Part shown: positions 1 to 11,669 of the stretch, piece by piece | Layout of the letters: each line of letters opens with the position of its first letter | Position numbering within the stretch: the first letter of the stretch is position 1 | From: Spirogloea muscicola | Taxonomy: Eukaryota | DNA length: 46,454 nt | NCBI GenBank assembly: GCA_009602725.1 | Contig: WELB01000023.1 | Coordinates: forward strand, 1 to 46,454 | Direction of reading: 5' to 3' | Notes under the pieces: generated by a model | Databases searched by the model: none | Told to the model about the DNA's origin: nothing | Seen by the model: only the letters and a program-made list of their open reading frames with translations | Translations under genes and position numbers: made by a program

Positions 1-348
1 GGTGCCGGCGGCGGCCCGGGGTTGAGGAGGGGCGGCGGCGGCGGCGGCGGCGCCCTCGACCTAACCTGCTATGTTTTTTCCTACTGCGCCACCTTCCGAC
101 GGCGCCGCCCTGCAGCTCCGCCGCCGAGCTGGTGGGAATGCGACCCCGCGCCCGGCTTGGCCTCGACTGTCCCCGCCCACGTACGACGTGCACGACGTGA
201 GCATAGGCGGCTTTCAACCGACATGGGCTTGCCGGCAGCCTATTTTAGGTTTTTGGCCACGTCGTGTGTCAGCTTGTTTGCAGCTAGCTCAGGCTCATGC
301 ATTCTGAGACGACGAAACAGCTCTCCAAAATTGACGGCAGTTGCTGTG

Positions 349-985
349 AGAAGTGGCTCTCCCAATGGGGGCAAGGGCTGTGAAAGGCCAGCCCGAAATT
401 TTTTACAAAGATCCGAAGGGGCCACAATGACGGAGGAGCCTGGAAATGCTATGTCAGAACGGGTGGAAGGATGGACCACTCAGTAGCTACGAGTGAGGAA
501 CCTCAAGTCCGACAGACTAGCTGCCGGAAAATTATCCCCCTGACGAAAGCCAGAGGCGGCAGCGAGAGCACGGCCAGCAAGCAGATGCAAGGAAGAAAGC
601 GCGGCCATAATAACTGGTGGCTGGGAAAGGCCAGCCCAAAAGAATGGACAAGGTGCAAGGCGTGGGCCATGGACCGCTGAAGGGAGATTGACAAACGCAT
701 GCGATGGACTTGGGCCCACGAGCCAGCGGCGTTGAAGTCAGCCGGCTCAACCCGCCTGCGGGATACAGCGCGCCGCGCAAGCCTGGCCAGCAGGTCGAGC
801 CACTGGGACCCGAAAGCCCCGTGCACATCCACGGCCAGGGGTACGAACTCGTCCCCAGCCAGGTGGACTGTGTATTTGGCCGCCTTGCAGCGAGCGACGT
901 TCGCCACTGCATGGCCAGCCCTCGAGGCAGAAAACCCCGGATTGGCGCGATCTACCACATCGGTGGTGACCACAACGGCGATGAC
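349..985 (-). mobile_element. 5'-truncated non-LTR retrotransposon (CRE-like, restriction-like endonuclease C-terminus plus 3' UTR)
   Basis: Minus-strand translation VIAVVVTTD...ARCKAAKY...DEFVPLAVDVHGAFGSQWLDLLARLA...HRMRLSISLQRSMAHALHL/RAGRALAAASGFRQGDNFPAASLSDLRFLTRSY* (stop 480-482) has the K..KY, F.P.A.D..G..G and RLS..LQR motifs of RLE-domain C-termini. It is followed by the family 3' stem-loop and interrupted by a 61-bp insertion at 593-653. Confidence 0.75.
593..653 (-). mobile_element. 61-bp insertion of the retroelement 3'-terminal module with 7-bp TSD
   Basis: Flanked by direct repeat TGCAAGG (586-592 and 654-660). Removing the insert plus one repeat restores the reading SMAHALHLLAGRALA, matching other copies. 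Confidence 0.85.
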
Positions 986-1029
986 GCACAGCAGTTGCTG
1001 TGAGAGGCCAGTCTTGAAAGAATGGACAA

Positions 1030-1940
1030 GGGTTAGAACAGGGCATGCTTTGCACCAGAAAGCCGGTCGAGCCTTAGCTGGTGGCACACGGGCTTGTTGA
1101 TTGCAGTCCGGTAGTCGGGCATCAATCAGTGACCTCTGTATGCTGACTGTGGTTGACTCGTGGCTGACTCATTCCTGAGCGGGGTCAGCTTAGCAGCAGG
1201 TGATATACATCTGTCAGTATGCTTGCCTTCGTACTTGGCCACTCAGGCCCTCCATCACTTGTGTTGGAAGACTTCTTCGTCTTCATCTTGATACCATTTT
1301 TCCTGAATGAAAATTTGAGTAAGTGCTTAAAGGCTTTTACCGTTTCAGACCTAGTCCATTCCTTTCGGGCTGGCCTCCTCCAGCCATTGCCTTTGATTGG
1401 AAGCGCTGTTTCTTTGGGGCTGGCTCTTTCCACAGCCACTGCTGTCAATCTGGAAGCGCTTTCCTCTTTTCGGGCTGGCCTTTCCTAGCCCCTACCCTCT
1501 GTGTAACCTCTGTGGGTGAGCAATGTCCTTACATTGGGAGAGCCACTACTCCTCCTTTCTCTGACAGCCACCGCCCTCTACTAAAAGCGTCCTTTCTACT
1601 TTCTCTAGGTTGGCTGCCTCCGGGGTCCGTCAGGGCGACGCTTTTCCGCCCTCTGATTATGCTTATTGTACTTGCTGACTAGAGATTATTGTAGTGAAGT
1701 CCCATTTGTAGTGTAGTCCCAATTCGGCACCTCTTTCTTTGGCTTTGGGCATTGTCCATTCTTTTTGGGCTGGCTTTGCCAATGGGCGAGCACTTCCTTT
1801 CGAGATTGTTGAGCCCCTCTTGCTGACGTCTGGAAAAATGATGCTGCTTCTTACGCCACCCGGCACTTTCAGACCTTGTACATTCCTTTGGGCTGGCCTC
1901 TCACAGCTATTGCCGTGAAGTGGAAGAGCTGTTTCTCCTT
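1030..1940 (+). mobile_element. Cluster of degenerate CRE-like 3' fragments and tandem 3' modules
   Basis: HALHQKAGRALAG remnant (~1044-1085), ASGVRQGDAFP...LLTRDY remnant (~1615-1690), and GGGCTGGC..CAGCC modules at ~1367, 1416, 1472, 1767 and 1889. Confidence 0.7.
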
Positions 1941-2189
1941 CTAGGCCGCAATTACGACGACACGAGCCTAGGCCGTAGTCATGCATGTCTGGGGACCACT
2001 CTGTGTATAGTTAGGGACGTCTTAGGTTGCCAACACGACTAGGATGTCGCAACGATGGCCATCATCGACAAACTATCAGGAATTGCTCAGCGAAGGGCAA
2101 TAAGACCTTCAAGCAAGAGCCCGTCTTGGCCCCAGTGACAAACTGTTTGAGGAGCTTTTGCGAGGACTCTTGACGTTCAAGTCAACTAC

Positions 2190-2580
2190 CAGAAAAGGTG
2201 TCCTATCACTTATGCGGAGAGGAAGAAGGAGAACCACTACAATGACCACCCCCGAGGCGACCACTTCTTCCCATGCGCCATGGACATGTACGGCGGCTAC
2301 GGAACGAAGTGGTCTTCCCTCCTCCATCGCCTGGCACTGCATGTCGATGTCCGCTGACGTAGTCGGCCGGGTAGCTTAAGGCATTCTAGCGTCCCGCAAG
2401 CCATCGTTGCATGCTATAGAATGCGGCTATCATTGAGTCCACAGCGCTCCCAGGCACTCGCGATACACCAGCGTGCTGGGCGTGCATTAGCCCAGGCTAA
2501 TGGCTTCCGTGGTGGTAATATGGCTCCTCAGCTTAGCTTGTCAGATATGCATGTGCTCACTCGGGGATATTTAGTGTCAC
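2190..2580 (+). mobile_element. Degenerate CRE-like RLE C-terminus (pseudogenised copy)
   Basis: Reads YAERKKENHYNDHPRGDHFFPCAMDMYGGYGTKWSSLLHRLA...VR* (in-frame stop) ...CYRMRLSLSPQRSQALAIHQRAGRALAQANGFRGGNMAPQLSLSDMHVLTRGY, homologous to the 349-985 copy. Confidence 0.75.
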
Positions 2581-2894
2581 CCTTAGCTAGCTCATTATCC
2601 CGTTAAGAGGACATTTGGAAGGCTAGAATTGGCCTCCCAGTCAATATCATGCGCACCGCGCGCCTTCTCTTTTCCCCGCACACAATAGGCTTCTGGACGA
2701 GCTGAAGATGCAATGTATATCACGAGTATGGCCATTGCAGCGGGGATGTTGGTATGAAGATGGCCGATAACAGTAGAAAAGAGGCCGTCCTGCACTCCTG
2801 CCGGCCTCCACAAACCGGTGATGGCCTTTGACCTCACCGAGGTCCTGCAAAAGAAGATGATGGGTTGCTGAGCGACTGTACCAGCTTCACCAGC

Positions 2895-3400
2895 GTCAAT
2901 TCTTTTCGGGCTGGCTTTTCACAGACCTTGCTCCCATTGGGAGTGCCACTTCTTCATGCTCATTGCCACCGATGCCCAGGGTCGCGCTCTGAACGTTGTA
3001 GGTGTACAATCTGGTGGAGGAACCACGGTGCAATAGCTGACGTGATTATCATGGAGGAGTACAAAGGCGCTGCATCGACCTACAGTGGTGGCCATGTACG
3101 TGATAGTACAGACTTGAAGAAGTTGCAGCCCTGGTTCGACTAGCCCTGGTGTGATCATCTCCGACCAGCCGCAACTGACATATAAGGCGTCCGGAGTCCT
3201 CCTTTCCACACCTTGTTCTGGGCCCCCTTGTTTCTCCGAGCTGCGGCTTAGTAGGGGTTATGAGGGTTTCGTAGCTACTTGATTCCCTGTGTCTTTTAGC
3301 GTGTTCCCTGGCCCCTTCGATTTTCGTTCATTCTTCTCTTTTTGGGCTGGCCTCTCCCAGCAACCGCCCTCTCCTGGAAGCGTCTTTCTCTCTTCTTTTA
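2895..3400 (+). mobile_element. Two further 3'-end fragments of the same retroelement family (2895-2955 and ~3215-3400)
   Basis: GTCAATTCTTTTCGGGCTGGCTTTTCACAGACCTTGCTCCCATTGGGAGTGCCACTTC at 2895, and an FSELRLSRGY remnant plus module ending in a T/C tail at ~3400. Confidence 0.65.
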
Positions 3401-3949
3401 TATCAAACGCAGCGCGCGCCTCCCTATGGTGCGGCATTCAAGCCAGGTCAAGGGCCGCAGCGCCCGTGGCCCCAGCTGCCGCAGGATCGCTGGCGCAAGG
3501 CCAGCCTCAGGGCCAGATCATCCGGCACGGTCAGCCGAGCCCTGCTGCCTCGAGCACGGGCAGCTGTACTCGCTGATGAAGCTGCCATTGTGAGTTGCAG
3601 GTGTGAGGGCCAGCCCCAGGAACGCCGAGTCCTTCCCCTGTACAATGCTGATAAGGGCATATGCAGTGATATTCTTTTATACATTATTCATTATTGATTA
3701 TTATTCATTCATGACTATTTTCTTATAAAACTGCCCACGTAGCCGGCGCAGTGTTGAGCATAGGCTCGGGGCCCTAAGTGGAGGCATGCCTTAATCCTCA
3801 CCTTACATTTCCCCATGCCCTTCCATTTGTGTTGCGGGGCCATTTGCCTAGTCAGCTTTCTCACGAAAACCAGGCCAGTGGCAGTGTCGCACCGCTATAT
3901 GACGTCAGAAGCGTCCTACTGAGGCCTCTGGCTCATCTTGTATTGTGGT

Positions 3950-4640
3950 TCAGACATTGCCTGGAAGGGCAGGCTTCTAAGACAGGCTGGTTGCTCAGCA
4001 TTCTTCTTGTCCTGTCCATGTAAACTCAATAGGCACACTGGGATCTGGGCTCTTCAGCAGCTGCACCAGAGAGACGTCAGGTGCATCAAGGTGTCTTCTT
4101 CTTATACAGTCTCCTTGCTGAGTTCGCATATGCCGCACGCTAGCCCTCGCACGTAGCCTGCAGCTTACACTGGCAGCCCTCTGGAGCCGCTACTGGTGAC
4201 CTACAGGAACGAAGGCAAGTTGTCAGAGTCAAGAACGATAAGAAAAGATATGATAAGTCCACAATTGGGCAATGTCATTCCGGAGCATGGTGCAGAGTTG
4301 GTCAGGCAAGCCTGACTAGTGCCCAATGTGCATCAGTTCCGTCAGATGGCTAAGCGTTGGCAGAACTGGTCAGACATCAGCACAGCACAAGATCAGCTCA
4401 CTTTGAGCAGAGGTCTAATCATTCACCTCTGGCTGCCTGTCGTCTTGGTACAGGCATTGTTGAAATTGAGCAGCAGTGTCTCGAGTCCGCAGTAGTGATG
4501 CCACCGGTCCTCAGTGCCCAGCGTCTGCACCCTCTCTACGAGCTCGATGATGGCGGCGGCCTGCTCCTTGACGCAGAAATTACTGAGGACCTTGCACGCG
4601 TCGGCGTATGCCTCCTCCAGGCCAGCTGTGCAGCAGCGGC
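3950..4640 (-). pseudogene. Possible degraded or unknown protein-coding fragment
   Basis: Protein-like stretch LEEAYADACKVLSNFCVKEQAAAIIELVERVQTLG...TTGSQR ends at an AG|GTGAAT donor, and there is a TAG acceptor near 4203, but the downstream frames contain stops. No family recognised. Confidence 0.2.
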
Positions 4641-4775
4641 TGCTGAGAAAGACCAAGGTGGGCACCCATATGAAGAAAGCGGCTGCTGATATGAAAGAAT
4701 CGGCTGTGAAATGCCAGCCAGATGATGCATACAGGTGTTCATGACGGAGCCAAGGGCTAGGCAGACAGGGCGCCC

Positions 4776-4945
4776 TCAATACCCCCGTGTCAGCAGTAGG
4801 AAGTCAGATGAGCTGAGGGGAGGAAGAGCAACCCCGCTGCGCAAGCCAGAGGCTGCTGCAAGGGCGCGACCAGCGCGGCGATGCAAAGCAAGCGCTTGGG
4901 AGCGCTGCAGGGACATAGACAGTCGCATACGGTAGCAGGACACCA
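4776..4945 (-). mobile_element. CRE-like retroelement C-terminal fragment
   Basis: CYRMRLSMSLQRSQALALHRRAGRALAAASGLRSGVALPPLSSSDFLLLTRGY*. A further opposite-strand remnant (AQLRLSDTDVPTSGY) lies at ~5025-5070. Confidence 0.75.
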
Positions 4946-5272
4946 GACCCAAAGGCACCGAGCCACCNCGGGGGGGGGGGGTGGGGACTCTGCTGCCGCC
5001 TGCTGAAGGCCCGGAGGCCGAGCCAGCTCAGCTTCGCTTGTCGGATACGGATGTGCCCACTAGTGGGTATTGTACCTCAGTGACCACCTAACGACGGCTT
5101 TATTGCCCCGTTACCAGGTGGGCCGACGGCTGCGGCCCCACTGCCCCATGGCCGCGCCAGGCACCGGGCCCCAGGCCCTCGGCCGCCCCCCCCGCTCACT
5201 GCCGCGCCAGGCCCCGGGGCCCCCCCGGGTGACTCGTCAGCGGTGACATTTCAAGTGTGACACTGACCTTGC

Positions 5273-6139
5273 ACTGACTTGCATGCACGATGTGAGCTCC
5301 TGATCAATGTATTCCAGGTAGAAGTTGCGGACACTTGTCCTCAGCTTGAGAGTGCTTAGTGATACAACACCCTGGCGCAATAATCATAGGGACTTATGCC
5401 AGCCATTTGAGCATGTACAAGAAAGCGCCAAGAAAGCATACTTCACACGCAGATACTTCTCCCCAAGTCTCAGGTAACTTTAGGAGCAACCATACTTGTA
5501 GATTTTACAACACATAGCTCAAGAGTCTCTTGAGGAGGCCACTAGAGGCCATCTCGAGGAGTGAGCCGATACCAGGATTTTCGAATACTGCTGCCTAAAG
5601 CAAGGTACGTTTTACATGGTAGCTGCAACTTAACGACCTGCTCAAGCAGGTGCAGGGGACAACCTGTCTCTTGCATCTATGAAATAAGATCTGCATCTAG
5701 TTGCTCATTCAGTATTTGTCAAACCGTCAACCCTCTCTTTCACATGCCTTGCCTATTTATGGCCACCCTACGAGTCAAGCTCTTGCACACCTTAGATGTA
5801 CACTTATTTGACTCTAGCAGTTTCATGCTGACTTGCAAACACAATGTGAGCTCCTTATCAACGTTCTTCATTACAAAGTTGCAGACATTAGGTCTCAGCT
5901 TGACAGTGCTCAGTGATACAGCTGCCGGGCGCAGTAGAATGTGGACCTTATGACAGCCATTTGTGAATCACATGCCAAGACAACATAGTCAACGAGCAAA
6001 TGATTCTCGCAGGTCCCAGGTAATCCTCAGAAGCAGCCATACTTGTAAATGTCAGACAACAATTTGCCCAAGGCTATGAGGCCAACTCGAGGAATTGATT
6101 AGCACCCCAAAACTTTATGCACTGCTGCCTAGACCAAGA
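5273..6139. repeat. Diverged direct repeat of ~320 bp (5273-5605 and 5827-6139)
   Basis: Colinear shared blocks: CTGACTTGCA..ATGTGAGCTCC, CTCAGCTTGA.AGTGCT.AGTGATACA, CAGCCATTTG, GCA.CCATACTTGTA, CTCGAGGA, ACTGCTGCCTA. Confidence 0.8.
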
Positions 6140-6145
6140 TATTCA

Positions 6146-9100
6146 TCACATGCTGTCCAAGTCAGTCTGCAACTCCATGGCCTGCTCGAGCAAGTGCCTG
6201 ACTCTATCCTCTCCAGTCTGCTCTTCCTTACCATTGCTACATCTTGGTTCCAATCTTCTCCGCCTATTCATTACAAAGGCTAGCCTTTGCAGACACACCA
6301 GCTTCTCTCTCTTCAGCTCTGGGCTTCTGAGTATTGATTGAGGAAGATTGGGCTGCAAAGACCAAACTGCTCGTCAATACAAACCCAAACCCCTGGCTGG
6401 AAAACTACATGACAGTGTCCTATGCATGGTCTTGGCGCTCTGAAGGCAGGGCCAGTCGTTGTAGAGATTGGTTCTGTCCCACTCTGGCAATGAGAAGAGC
6501 AAAGCATCTCAATGATGAAGCTGCATTTGTGACTTCTGCATACATCCTGACTCTGAAGAGAACCTGCAATAGAAGGCTCAAGCAGCGCTCAAAAGCCCTC
6601 TCAGCGTTCTCCTCAGCTTGCAGCCTTTCTTCCTGGAGAAGAGAACGTTGACCGAATCTTACTGCAATGCAACTGCAGCTAGTTCACGAAGTCCCAAATT
6701 TGTTCATTGGAGGCAGGATGCTGTGTTCTCGGACCCCAGGTGAATGACACACCTCACTTGTCTGTTGCGTCTCGCTAATCTTGGTGAAGATGAGCCCCAT
6801 GAGATTTAATGACTTGACCTACATCCAACATGTATGACAGATAAGATGCACAACTTCGGTGGCACCTGAGATCTCTATCCTTGTGAATCTTTACCCAGCA
6901 CATATGTAAAATCGAGTTGGCCGATCGAGTAGCATTCAAAGGTCGGTAACATACCCCTCTGAAGGGCCTGTAAGGTCTCTCTAATTTGAAATTGGTATAG
7001 GAAGTAATTGACAAGTATGTGCAATCATGACTCACCACAGCCATCAAATGTGATCCCATCATTCCGTTGACCTCTTTACCTGGTACAGCTACAATGGGAC
7101 CCCCCCTGGGCTGGAGTTCTTGATTTAGACAATTCTCAGCCAACCTGCGGTACAATCAGAGTGTTTGCTTATAATACTGTCCTCAGATTGCTCGGCTTGA
7201 TTCACAAGTTGCCCCTCACAAGTCACATCGAAGGTAGTGAAGCTCCTCAACAAATCAAACTGGAGGTAATGGAACCAGGTGTAGACCTTATTGTTTCTAG
7301 CTTAGGGGTCCCTGAAACTTGTGAGCTTCAGTGAGGGTGCCCACCTAGCTGCAGTTGCAGCTAATGCAACTGCCTCTTGGAGAAGTGAGGCTGAAGCAGC
7401 TAATTCACCCTCTTCTCCCAGGTGCGTCAAAGACAAGGCAAGCTTGTACAAGGTTGGCCCATTCTGGAGTTGCCGCCAATTGCAATGCGCTTGTCACGTA
7501 TACTAAACTAAAGCGCAGTGAATACGGCCATCTGCGAAAGAGGAACTCTTAATTGCAACATTGCACAGTGGTACCTGGTAGTGTGACGGGCCAAGTAAAT
7601 GCTCCCTGCTCTGTAAACACCTGTGAAGTGGGGAAAGCAATCCAACTGATCGTTATCACAATGTTGTCTCTCAAGGTATGCAGCACTGACTCCAGCTCCA
7701 CCTTAATCATTCAATCATTGTCCAATTTACACATGCTCATTGATCTGCATAATCTGATCACTCACCTTTGCAGGATATCCCTTGCTTCTTGATATCTCTC
7801 CTGTGCAAGAAGGGTGCTCGCAAGGTTCTCTGCTGCAGTGAGGGTGCTCAAATCCTCTGCACCCTGACAAGGAGCCTTGATGAGAGCAGATGTCCAAGAG
7901 GTATCCTAAATGTACCATGCACACTAAAAGCTCAAGGTGCGCATGTATTGACTTGCATACTTGCAGATGATTTTGGGCAAGTACTCTCAGCAGCAGACTA
8001 CTATACCGTATTAGACTGGACCAATGAATCTCAAATGGAGGGAAGATATAGAAGAGGTGGGAGCCAGGAAAGCAAGCGCAACGTAGCTGGGAGGCAAAAG
8101 TACGACAGCCAAACTTTTAATAACGCCTACCAAAGAACATGCCAGCAAGATATGCATCCATCTACCTGGGACATCTCCAAAGCGTGAAGGACCTTTCTTT
8201 GATGTTGTTCAGCCCGAAAGAGCTGGCCATCAGCAACCAGTATCTGAGTTGGAGAAGCAGTAAAGTACATTGTGAGCCATCATACACGAGACAGCTTCCT
8301 AACAGCATAATCACGATGCTGCATACTACTCACTTGGCGAAGCTGAGCCACTCCTACCTCAGCCAGCCTGCTCATCCTTCGCACGGCTGTCTTGCTGAGC
8401 CCAGCACCAGCATCCTACATGCCCAGTTGTTGACCCCAGAACTTGATTGAGACAGTCATCAACCTTCAAGGAGTAATATCCCCAAGCCACCAACAAGCTG
8501 AGCTGCTTGGATCATTTCCTATTTTAGCCTTGAGATAGTTGCCTCGATGACATGCAAACTCTCCATCAAGGCACAGTCTGCTACTCTGAAGGAGTTCAAG
8601 TGAACTTGCTTCCAATATCTTGATGGAGTCTTGGATGAGAGCCTCTGCATCTTTTGCATGGCCCTGCAATCTCATCACCTGATACAGTAGCCCGCATGAG
8701 TACGAGTCAGAAGTAAATACCAGCAGCACGACGAATAAGGACATCCTTCAATGCTTGCATCCTCCTCATGATTTGGCACATCTCCTCTGAGGAGCCTGTG
8801 AAAAAGACTGAAGATCACAGTACCTCGCCGAGATGGAAAAGTGTGGTCGCATACTCGGGATGATTGATCCCCAAGGTCTGCCCTTTTATCTGGCCAATCA
8901 TGTGACATGCTAACAATACTTGGTCTTGACAATGCATGACATGGGATTGCATATCTCTTTACATCACCTTCTACAGCTGCTGGACAACGACCTCAATTCA
9001 TCTTGTAGATAGTTGCTATGACATCCTCACTTGTGCACGTGTGCAACATGCGCCAAAGACCTCTCTATCAAGTTGGTGCGCACCTTCAGAGCTCGCTGCA

Positions 9101-10914
9101 TCGAACATATATAGAGTCGAATCAGCTGGACCGACCTTCACGGACTGTTGTTTATATGACCACTGTACCAGATTCGGCAAAGGTTGGATGACAACTTGTG
9201 AGCATGCTCATGATCCTGAGTCATTTGAGCTGACCATTACAAAGGATACTTTTACAGCACCAACAATGACCAGAATCAATACCAGCAGACAAAGCTACAC
9301 GGTTTGTGTTGAGCTTGTCGCCTCACATACCTCGTAATATTCTCGAGCTTTCTTGAAATCTCGCTGCTGCACGTACACGCCAGCCAGATTGTGCAAAGCC
9401 AAACCAACACTGCACGACAAGGACTTGAAGCTCAGGGGCTGTGGAACCAATAGCAAGCCATCAGCCAAGGAGGAGCATGTCCATGCAGCACCTTTGGCTT
9501 TGGGGCCCTGTAGCAGCCTCCATGCGCTGGACAGCCTCAAGGTACAAGGGCTCAGCCTGTTTGTACTCCCTCCTCAGTCTGTACAACTCGGCCTGCAAGA
9601 GGAACTCGGCTTGAGTCCTTGGGCATAGTCCACCTGTTAAGTGAGCCACGTATCATGCACGTGCATGACTGCAAAGGGATGGGCATGAAGCAGCCCACGA
9701 GGTTGTTGTAGCTTGATGCCACATGCGGATCTTTGTCGCCGAAGCCAAGCTTGGCCTCCTCAATTGCCCCGGCAAAATACTTCTCCGCTTCCGTCAACCG
9801 TCCCTGTTGTGACAGATAGCAAAATGAGATGATGGTAACGCTGAAAAACTCCAACAATGAGATGTCTCTCAACGATTTGTGATCAACTGCGGCTCAGCCA
9901 TTCCGGCGCACATGCTCCCATCTTAAGCAATGTATAGAACCTAGAAGAGACTGCTGTAAGGTGGAGAAACGGTGCAACTGAATAGAGTACAAGAAGCTCA
10001 AGCTACCAAGTACGAATAGGTGAAAGACTAGTCAAGCGCTTCAACACCAGTGACCTCAAGAGCACCTGCGTGAACAACTCCCTGCCGGTGTCTGTGAAGA
10101 CGCGCCACCTGGCAGTGTGAGCATTCGACACCACCTCTCCATTATCTGCCCTGATTAGCTCCTCTGCATGTACAGGCAGATCCTCTTCATTCGTAGCCTT
10201 CTCTGCCAAGGCCGGCTGAGTCTCCCACAGTGCCACGCCTGAAATTAGCGCCACCAGGACATCAGGCAGGAGTCACTCGTGAAGATGTCAGATTGACGTG
10301 CACTGCTTATGCTGTCTTCTGCACTCTGACTGAGTGTTGCACTCACAAGATCAATGTTCGATATGCTCTGTGGCTGTGCAAGGGAATCACACTTGCAAGC
10401 TCAAGTTGCTGGACCATCCATGCCAGAGCAATCCTCGCACATGGAGCTACTAGTCACAACCTTTGAAGAGACGGTGCAGCTGGTAACAAGCTTCCAGAGC
10501 TCTTGGACGCTAACAATCACTGTGGAGAAGCACTCACATGCGGCTAGCGGTAGCAGTCGGTGCACAAGGCCGGCAGAGTTGTGATGCTTCTGGGCTGCCC
10601 TGTGAGAAGCTGAGCGAGACATGGGAAACGTCTTTGCAGTCAGGACCCTAAGCACCTCGTGTGGAGTCTTTCCAGTCCGCTAGGTTGAGCGGAATGCTGC
10701 GCAAGGAGGTCATCGATACAGGCAAGCTGCTAACACCTCAGAAGCCTTGCTACTAGGCCTTCATATACTAGCTTGATCACATGCACCATCCAAGTTTTGT
10801 AAAGCTCAGCTCACCCTTCAGAGCAGAGGGACGGGCACCATAATTCCTGGCTCTCCGGAGAGGTGCAGCACTGCGCCAGAGCCTTAGCGCAGCATAGCCG
10901 TATCTGCTGGCCAT
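6146..10914 (-). CDS. TPR (kinesin-light-chain-like) repeat protein with likely organellar presequence, multi-exon; resembles plant At5g37590-type proteins
   Basis: Spliced exons: MASRYGYAALRLWRS...; SNAHTARWRVFTDTGRELFTQ; GRLTEAEKYFAGAIEEAKLGFGDKDPHVASSYNNL; AELYRLRREYKQAEPLYLEAV; VGLALHNLAGVYVQQRDFKKAREYYE; RALK; IKGQTLGINHPEYATTLFHLGE; VMRLQGHAKDAEALIQDSIKILE; TLTAAENLASTLLAQERYQEARDILQR; ...QTDLDSM*. Some middle and N-terminal exon borders are uncertain. Confidence 0.85.
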
Positions 10915-11669
10915 TGCGAGGATCTGGGACCAGACTTGGCTCACAAGCGGGCCGCCAAGGAGCGGGTTGAAGCCCTTGTTGGGCCGGGCCTGCGGCTCGG
11001 TGAGCCTGAACGCGCGGCTGGCCGTCGTCAAGAGCACTCAGAAAGAGGACCCGGCATGTTGAGCACTTGATCGGGAGGCGGTTACTGCGTGGTGTGGGGA
11101 CGGAGGTTGCCAGAGCCAGCAACTGAGGCTCGGGCCGCTGAACCTTAAACCCACCATTCGGCGTTTCTAGAGAGGCAGGACTTGTCTTCTGCGTGAGAAG
11201 ACAAGCTTCTCTATGAATGCGAGCAGATGTAAACAGTAGGTGACTTGCCACACTGACCAAGGTGAGCTTGGCATCAGGCAGGGGCTGTGCGGCCAGGTCC
11301 AGTACGTTAAAAAACCTTGTCACTGCTTGGAGGTTCTTGAAGCTGGTTCACGGCCACTTTGAGAACTTTTCATGTATGGAGTTCAACAATTACACATTTT
11401 TGATTTTGCAAACAGGCTGACCTTTTACTGCTACAGCTGTCGTTGTCTTCCAGTAGTCTGGCTCTGCATAAGAAGGCTGATGGACGTACTCTTGTTAGTC
11501 GCAGGTACGGCATTACATAATCCAACCAATCTTTATCTCCCTCAGCGACCTTCCTTTGCAGACGTTCGCTTGTTGATGGGGATCGAGTAGATAAGTGCTG
11601 CTTGAAGAACACAGTAGGACGCAACCTGTTTACGCCGTAAGACCCTACTGGTACCTCGGCCCAGATGGT

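Noticed and set aside
1345..1605. Repeat-spacer appearance suggesting a CRISPR-like array
   Set aside because: Units are degenerate, irregularly spaced, dispersed on both strands and attached to retroelement coding tails; the context is eukaryotic and no cas genes are present.
11370..11624. RKVAEGDKDWLDYVMPYL peptide faintly like an LTR-retrotransposon integrase C-terminal segment
   Set aside because: The similarity is too short and there are no flanking DDE motifs or LTRs, so it cannot be supported without a profile search.
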